Source: an uncultured Candidatus Saccharibacteria bacterium (GTDB lineage Bacteria; Patescibacteriota; Minisyncoccia; Phycocordibacterales; UBA9973). From it: a stretch of DNA of 64,000 nucleotides. Positions 58,120-64,000 of this stretch are shown here, piece by piece. The position numbers were made by a program, and so were the translations under genes. Location: NCBI GenBank assembly GCA_964354985.1, contig CAYHBR010000001.1, positions 18,407 through 82,406 on the forward strand, written 5' to 3'. Under the pieces are notes generated by a model, which saw nothing but the letters and a program-made list of their open reading frames with translations, made no database searches and had not been told where the DNA came from. How positions within the stretch are numbered: the stretch's first letter is position 1; every line of letters begins with the position of its first letter.

Positions 58120-58404
58120 TTAATAATTATTTTGATGTTCGCGTCTTGGTCTCTCTTCCATTGGACGAGCGATGTTGACGATCAGTTTTCGGCCTTCAAA
58201 TTCTTTGCCATTCCACATTTCAATGGCTTTGTCCGCACCAGCTTGGTCTGACATTTCGATAAAACCAAAACCGCGTGAGCGTCCGGTCATCTTGTCGGTG
58301 ATAATACGAGCCAATGTTACTTCCCCTGCTCCTGCGAACGCATCGCGAAACGCATCTTCGGTTGTTCCGTAAGGTAAACCGCCAATGTACAATTTTACAC
58401 TCAT
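58120..58404 (-). CDS. RRM-domain RNA-binding protein
   Basis: RNP2 LYIGGL and RNP1 RGFGFIEM. Confidence 0.95.
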   Translation of the reverse strand: MSVKLYIGGLPYGTTEDAFRDAFAGAGEVTLARIITDKMTGRSRGFGFIEMSDQAGADKAIEMWNGKEFEGRKLIVNIARPMEERPRREHQNNY

Positions 58405-58472
58405 GAATTTTAAAAACACTAACTAATAAACTATGTAGGGAATATAGCATATAATAAACAATAGGCAACAAT

Positions 58473-59504
58473 ATGAAATACCTATTTTACACAACTTCAC
58501 AGACCGCCTGGGCGGGACTACTAAAGTCTATTGAAAAGGCTGAAAAATCGATATACCTAGAAATGTATATTTTTATAGATGACACACCGGAAGCCAACTA
58601 CCTTATTGATGTTTTTTCAAATAAAGCCAGGCAGGGGGTTTCCGTCAAGATAATACTGGACGCATTTGGAAGTTACTCACTTTCTAGAAAAGCAGTTGAA
58701 TCCATGAGAGAAGCCGGCGTTGAAGTAATATTTTTCAAAAAGATTTTTAGACGACTCCATAGAAAATTTGTTGTAATCGATGAAAAAGTAGGATTCCTCG
58801 GTGGAGTGAATGTCCATAAAACTGCACGACTTTGGAATGACTTATTGGTCAGACTCGAAGGAGCAATACTGCGATCACTGATAACCTCATTTCGTAGAAC
58901 ATACATCTCTTGTGGTGGGAAAGACACCTATTTGCATTCATACAAAGCCAAAGCAATTTTTGGACGAACGAGGACATGGATACTTGAGCACTTACCCGCA
59001 ATTCGTAATTTTCGTCTGCGTGATACTTATATTGAAACAATAGAAAAAGCCGAACATCATGTTACTTTTGTTACGCCATATTTTTTGCCACACAAATGGT
59101 TTATAAAACTCTTAAAGGAAACATTGCGACGTGGAGTAACTATTGAAGTTATCGTCCCACTTGAAACTGATATTCTTTTTCTAACAACTGCCAACAAATA
59201 CTATATGAATCTTCTGTCTAGATATGGCGTTATTTTCTATCAGACAAATCAAATGACACACGCAAAAGTATTTATGATAGATGACAAATTGACCCTTCTT
59301 GGATCAAACAACATTGACGCCTTGTCTTTTGATTACAACGCGGAAATCGGAGTTTTTTTTGAGAACGAAAAAATGATAGCGGGCTTAAGAAAAATAATTG
59401 AAAAGTGGAAAGCTAATTCTGTAATATTTACGGAACTCAAACGGATTTCCTTTCCCGCAAAGATCTTCTCATTATTTGTGAGACTTTTTCAACCGTATTT
59501 GTAG
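58473..59504 (+). CDS. Cardiolipin synthase-like phospholipase D
   Basis: Two HKD motifs (HRKFVVID, HAKVFMID). Confidence 0.92.
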   Translation: MKYLFYTTSQTAWAGLLKSIEKAEKSIYLEMYIFIDDTPEANYLIDVFSNKARQGVSVKIILDAFGSYSLSRKAVESMREAGVEVIFFKKIFRRLHRKFVVIDEKVGFLGGVNVHKTARLWNDLLVRLEGAILRSLITSFRRTYISCGGKDTYLHSYKAKAIFGRTRTWILEHLPAIRNFRLRDTYIETIEKAEHHVTFVTPYFLPHKWFIKLLKETLRRGVTIEVIVPLETDILFLTTANKYYMNLLSRYGVIFYQTNQMTHAKVFMIDDKLTLLGSNNIDALSFDYNAEIGVFFENEKMIAGLRKIIEKWKANSVIFTELKRISFPAKIFSLFVRLFQPYL

Positions 59505-59511
59505 TAGTTCC

Positions 59512-59555
59512 TGCGTAAAAAAATCCTGCAGTTTCCTGCAGGATTTTTTTACGCA
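59512..59555. terminator. Long perfect inverted repeat between convergent genes
   Basis: tgcgtaaaaaaatcctgcag-tttc-ctgcaggatttttttacgca (20-bp arms). Confidence 0.75.
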
Positions 59556-59722
59556 ACCTCGTCACCTTCTTCTTCCTCATCTACCATCTGAACTCCAGCA
59601 TCATCCATCATCTCTTCGTCGTCCATATCTGCCATATCATCAGGACTATCAGTGAGAGGCATATCAGCTGCTTCCATCTCTAAAGACTTCTTCTCTTCTT
59701 CGTCCACAATATCATTGCTCAT
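59549..59722 (-). CDS. 57-aa highly acidic, Met-rich microprotein
   Basis: MSNDIVDEEEKKSLEMEAADMPLTDSPDDMADMDDEEMMDDAGVQMVDEEEEGDEVA; below the ORF-track cutoff. Confidence 0.65.
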   Translation of the reverse strand: MSNDIVDEEEKKSLEMEAADMPLTDSPDDMADMDDEEMMDDAGVQMVDEEEEGDEVA

Positions 59723-59794
59723 AATAAATATATTTTTATCTAGTAATTTCTCAGCCCTGATTGTAACGGAAGTGAAAATAAATGCAACCTAAAA

Positions 59795-61546
59795 TTATTT
59801 TCCGTGCATCAACATATCCATTGCGTGATCTATAGAACCTGCCGGAACAACCTTTGTCCCGTTTACAAAAAATATTTCATCTGCCTTTTCGATAGTATGC
59901 AATCGGTGTGCTATCACAACTCTGGTTGTTTCTTTTGGTAATTTTTCAAGAATACTTTGGAGTAGGGCTTCTGAAATAGTATCAATGTTCGCTGTGGCTT
60001 CATCTAAAATCAAGATATCTGGCTTCCTTAAAACAGCCCTGATAAATGCAATCAGCTGTTTTTGTCCCAAGCTTATAGACTCAGCACCAGTTGAAACTAC
60101 TGTGTCGAGTCCATTATCAAATCTGTTTATTAAATCAGCAAGACCAGCCGATAAAATCAATTTTGAAATTTGTTCGTTAGTATAACCGGAATAATCAGAA
60201 TTACCATAAAGAATATTTTCACCAACTGTCCCTGCAAATAAAAATGGTTCTTGTAAAATAAAACCAATTCTTTTTGTTCGCTCTACACTGGAATAAGAAC
60301 GAAGATCTTTGCCGTGAAGCAAAACAGTACCTTTTGTCGGATCAAAAAGGCGGGCCATAAGTGATGCGGTAGTGGTCTTTCCACCTCCGGTTGGGCCAAC
60401 AAGGGCGTAAGTTTTGCCTTTTTCCAAAACAAAATGGGCATTCCGCAAAACTTCTGTTCCCTCGGGATAAACGAAATCAACGTGATGAAATTCGAGCAAT
60501 GAATCAGAGTTTGTTGGTTTCTCGTCAGTTTCTATCAATTCCAAATCAGAGTCGAGAGCGAGAATATCCGATATTCTGTCCCAGCCTGCCATCGCAACTT
60601 GGAAGTTTGCCCAAACAACCGCAATCTGACGGAGAGGCGTATAGAAATTTGTTGTATATGATAAAAAACTTACTAGCAATCCTAGTGTAAAATTTCCAGT
60701 AGAAATAAAGTAAACCCCGAAAGCCAAGACCAAGACCTGCGCAATATTTGACGCCAAGCCGTAAACAGGAGGGAAAATATTATTTGCAATACCCGCTTTT
60801 ACGGCAGTTTTATAACTTCTCTCATTTGCGTCGCTAAAGCGAGTTCTAAAATAATCTCTTCTATTAAAAGCTACTACGACTTTAAAATTTTCAATACTCT
60901 CCTGAATTTCCGAGCTAAGCCCACCGATACTTTTTAGATTGTTTGCATTGGTTTTTTTTACCCAAGGTGAAACAATGCTTGTAAAAATAAATATGAGCAA
61001 TGCGGGAAAGAGAGCAATAATTCCCAATTCCCAATTTATAAATATCAGAAAAATACCTGCACCTGTCATTATAAAAACGCTTCCGATGAACTGAACGAGA
61101 GATTGCGACAAAAAATTATTTAATTTATCAGTATCATTATTTATCCTCGAAATAAGGTCACCGGCTTTATTTTGATTAAAAAAAGAAATAGGGAGCGATT
61201 GCAATTTATTAAAAATCGAATTGCGCATATTGAACAATGCGTGTTGTCCGACAGTGCCCATCAATTTTGTTTGATAGTAACTCGAAACCAGTCCGCCTAG
61301 ATAAACCACTAAAAGAATTCCGGAAAAAACAATAACGCCGTGAAATTGTTTTGTAATAATATAATTATCAATTGTAAAACCAATAATAATCGGAGCAATG
61401 AGCGTCAATGCTGAATTTATTATTATGGCAATCATTGCGAGTGACAATCGCTTTTTTTCAGTCAGTAAAAGTGGCGCCAGTGCCCGAAAGGTACCTATAA
61501 TACCTACCTTTTTTTGTATTTTTTCTCTATTAAGATTGTATTTCAT
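59795..61546 (-). CDS. ABC exporter, fused TMD-ATPase subunit
   Basis: GPTGGGKT, ISLGQKQ, LILDEATA, IAHRL. Confidence 0.95.
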   Translation of the reverse strand: MKYNLNREKIQKKVGIIGTFRALAPLLLTEKKRLSLAMIAIIINSALTLIAPIIIGFTIDNYIITKQFHGVIVFSGILLVVYLGGLVSSYYQTKLMGTVGQHALFNMRNSIFNKLQSLPISFFNQNKAGDLISRINNDTDKLNNFLSQSLVQFIGSVFIMTGAGIFLIFINWELGIIALFPALLIFIFTSIVSPWVKKTNANNLKSIGGLSSEIQESIENFKVVVAFNRRDYFRTRFSDANERSYKTAVKAGIANNIFPPVYGLASNIAQVLVLAFGVYFISTGNFTLGLLVSFLSYTTNFYTPLRQIAVVWANFQVAMAGWDRISDILALDSDLELIETDEKPTNSDSLLEFHHVDFVYPEGTEVLRNAHFVLEKGKTYALVGPTGGGKTTTASLMARLFDPTKGTVLLHGKDLRSYSSVERTKRIGFILQEPFLFAGTVGENILYGNSDYSGYTNEQISKLILSAGLADLINRFDNGLDTVVSTGAESISLGQKQLIAFIRAVLRKPDILILDEATANIDTISEALLQSILEKLPKETTRVVIAHRLHTIEKADEIFFVNGTKVVPAGSIDHAMDMLMHGK

Positions 61547-63293
61547 AAGTATTTGTAGACTTTTGTGAATTAAAAATCTGAACATATTCTGGTGAAGTTT
61601 CAAGTAATTCTGCGTGTTTACCCTGAGCCAAGAGCTCGCCTTCCATGAGGACAATAATGCTGTCATATTCTTCTATTGAAGATATTTTTTGGGTTACAGA
61701 AATCAGTGAAATATTAGGATAATTTTTTGCAATATTATTTAAAATATTTAATTCTGTTTTTACGTCAACTCGAGCAGTAAAATCATCGAGTAAAAGAATA
61801 CTCGGATTCGTGGCAAGCGCCCTCGCCAACATAATTCTCTGTTTCTGCCCACCAGAGAGACTTGTACCGCGCTCTGATACTACCGTCTCAAGTCCATTTG
61901 GGAGTGAGCTTATAAAATCTGTGAGCTCGGCTGTTTCTATCGCCAAAGAAAGCGACTTGTCTGTAACTTTTGTATTAAATGCAATATTCTCTCGGATACT
62001 CATATTGAAAATACCACTGTCTTGGAAAACTAAACCGACCTGATTGTGAAAACTTTCAGAATCATATTTATTTATTTCTAAACTATCGAACAAGACCAGT
62101 CCTTCGGTGGGGTAAATAAGTCCAGTTAAAACATAAAGTAACTGAGTCTTTCCGGCAGCAGTTGGGCCAATGATCGCAGTTCTCGTCCCTGCTTTGAGAG
62201 AAAAACTAACATCCTTTAGAGAATAATTATCGCCATAAGTCATTGTGATATTTTTAAACTCAATATCGCCTTTTATTTCATCTTTTATAAAACCCGGCTC
62301 TTCAACTTCTTTCGAGTCCAAAACTTCACAAATGCGGGAATACGACGCACTGGCTTGAGCAATTAAATTACTCATAAAACCGATTATAATTATTGGGAAA
62401 ATCAAAAGTGCGATGTATGCATAAAAAGCGGTAAAGTCTCCGATAGTCATATTGCCATTTATCACATAATGCCCACCGACTGAAACAACAGCCAAAGTGG
62501 CAAGGCCGGAAACAAAAGTAATTATTGGGATAAGCGATGCGAATAATGACAAAATACCGAGGCCAACATTTTTGGCTTCAGTATTTACTTTTAGAAATTT
62601 TTGATATTCTGACTGTTGTGCATTTACAACTCGAACGATTGCTGCCCCTAAAATACTTTCATTGATGACTTTGTTGAGCCAATCAACTATTTCCCTAATT
62701 TTCAAAAACAAAACTTTTATTTTTGAAAAAATAATTCCAAAAGTTACGCCAATAATTGGGATTATTGTAAGGACAATGAGTGCCAACCTCCAGTTTATAG
62801 AAATGAGCAGTGCACTTGCTCCAAAAATTATCACAACAGAAGAAACTAAAGTAACTATAGCTTGAGAGACAAATAATTTTATAGAATCAATATCAGAAGT
62901 GAGTGTTGTTAGAATTTTAGATGGTTGTATTTTTTGGATGAAAGCAAAACTTTGTCTAGAAATTTTATCAGAAAGTTTTGTCCTGAGATCTTTTGCAACG
63001 CGCTCTGAGGCATATGTCTGAACGAGGCTTTGTAAATAAAGAAAAATAAAAATTGAAATTATCACAACAGCGAACTGTATAATAGTCATGTTGATATTTA
63101 AAGTTTCATTTATGTATGCATCTATGCTTTTGGCAATCATTTTCGGCACAAGCAAATTTAAAATATTTGTCAGAAGTGCAAAACCACACAGAAGTGAAAT
63201 TATTTTTTTATACGGGGAAAGAACCGCAAAAACGCTCGGTTTTTTTTCTTCTTTTTGTGTGTTGTTGTATTTTTGTTTATCGTTTTTTTTCAT
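61530..63293 (-). CDS. ABC exporter, fused TMD-ATPase subunit (heterodimer partner with degenerate site)
   Basis: GPTAAGKT, LSGGQKQR, LLLDDFT (Asp for catalytic Glu), VTQK (Gln for His). Confidence 0.95.
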   Translation of the reverse strand: MKKNDKQKYNNTQKEEKKPSVFAVLSPYKKIISLLCGFALLTNILNLLVPKMIAKSIDAYINETLNINMTIIQFAVVIISIFIFLYLQSLVQTYASERVAKDLRTKLSDKISRQSFAFIQKIQPSKILTTLTSDIDSIKLFVSQAIVTLVSSVVIIFGASALLISINWRLALIVLTIIPIIGVTFGIIFSKIKVLFLKIREIVDWLNKVINESILGAAIVRVVNAQQSEYQKFLKVNTEAKNVGLGILSLFASLIPIITFVSGLATLAVVSVGGHYVINGNMTIGDFTAFYAYIALLIFPIIIIGFMSNLIAQASASYSRICEVLDSKEVEEPGFIKDEIKGDIEFKNITMTYGDNYSLKDVSFSLKAGTRTAIIGPTAAGKTQLLYVLTGLIYPTEGLVLFDSLEINKYDSESFHNQVGLVFQDSGIFNMSIRENIAFNTKVTDKSLSLAIETAELTDFISSLPNGLETVVSERGTSLSGGQKQRIMLARALATNPSILLLDDFTARVDVKTELNILNNIAKNYPNISLISVTQKISSIEEYDSIIVLMEGELLAQGKHAELLETSPEYVQIFNSQKSTNTYEIQS

Positions 63294-63381
63294 AAAAAAA
63301 ATGGTGCGGAGGCAAAACATGGTCGCTTCGCTCCCTGTTTATGCACTCTCGCGTTTTATAGTCGCTTCGCTCCTTAAAACG

Positions 63382-63467
63382 CGGAGGATGTGAGATTCGA
63401 ACTCACGGTCCCATTACAGGACGACGGTTTAGTAAACCGTTGGTTTAAACCACTCACCCAATCCTCC
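63382..63467 (-). tRNA. tRNA-Ser with ACT anticodon
   Basis: GGAGGAT/ATCCTCC acceptor, G73, long variable arm GTCC-TGTAATG-GGAC, anticodon arm ACGGT-TT ACT AA-ACCGT. Confidence 0.88.
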
Positions 63468-63657
63468 AATAACTATTAATCTCAAACTGCGATGGCGGTG
63501 GCGATGTCCGGAAGTTTGAACCGAAAAGGTGGCTCAAATTCGATGATATTGATAAAAGTATACGCGAATTAAGGGCTATGTTCAAGGTTCATCCAGAATG
63601 GTTTGAAACACCTCACCCAGAGTCCAATAGGGGTAAAAATGAGGTGGATTATAATAT

Positions 63658-64000
63658 TTAAAGCAAGCTCTCTACAACCTTCTTTAATTCTATAATTTTA
63701 TCTTCACTAATATTGCCGTTCTTATAATTCCACATAACATTTAAAGGCTTTAAATCTCTACGGCTTGCTTTGCTTATCCCAAGATAATTCTCAATATCAA
63801 CATCAAAACTATAAATTTTTTTTGTAAAATCATTCTTTTTATTTTCAATAAAGCCGTTTATTAAATCATGCACACCTTGATTTTGATCTTTATCGTAAAT
63901 AACGGAGTGGTAAATACCAAGCTCTCCAAACAAATTCATATATCTATGAATATTATATTTTCCCATAGCATCAAGAAAATATAAATGTTTGGTTTTCAAA
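63658..64000 (-). CDS. C-terminal TOPRIM-like part of a probable OLD-family ATP-dependent nuclease (partial)
   Basis: DAMGK...GIYHSVIYDKD...DIENYLG resembles an OLD TOPRIM domain; the 5' end lies outside the window. Confidence 0.6.
   Translation of the reverse strand, partial: LKTKHLYFLDAMGKYNIHRYMNLFGELGIYHSVIYDKDQNQGVHDLINGFIENKKNDFTKKIYSFDVDIENYLGISKASRRDLKPLNVMWNYKNGNISEDKIIELKKVVESLL

Noticed and set aside
1-64000. CRISPR array, rRNA, IS transposase or prophage integrase
   Set aside because: No regularly spaced repeat-spacer array, rRNA-like segment, transposase or integrase was seen.
1-64000. Alternative genetic code (UGA recoding as in Gracilibacteria/Absconditabacteria)
   Set aside because: Long conserved genes translate intact with the standard bacterial code.

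Overview
A 64-kb, AT-rich chromosomal segment that looks like a Patescibacteria/CPR (Parcubacteria-like) genome; this is inferred from the streamlined PheS/PheT/ThrS/SMC, the NusB-NUDIX fusion, tRNAs without encoded CCA and -10 boxes close to start codons. Housekeeping genes include rpoD (partial), dnaG, rpoC, rpoB, trmD, khpA, rpsP, rnr, smc, rnc, nusB, rpmF, thrS, gyrB, pheT, pheS, a UvrD-nuclease fusion, cls and an ABC pair. There are six tRNAs, including an initiator tRNA split by a 248-nt group I intron and a tRNA-Ser with an unusual ACU anticodon, plus a 3,190-aa repetitive surface protein. Two diversity-generating retroelements (DGRs) sit between housekeeping genes, with adenine-specific TR/VR differences (15/15 and 21/22). 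Both share an unusual design: avd lies antisense between TR and RT, its ATG is the reverse complement of the RT His codon in 'HTY', and an A-C10-GA tract puts that ATG out of frame with the Avd body. This suggests a homopolymer (phase-variation or frameshift) ON/OFF switch for hypermutation. A G8 tract similarly frameshifts a secreted-protein gene.
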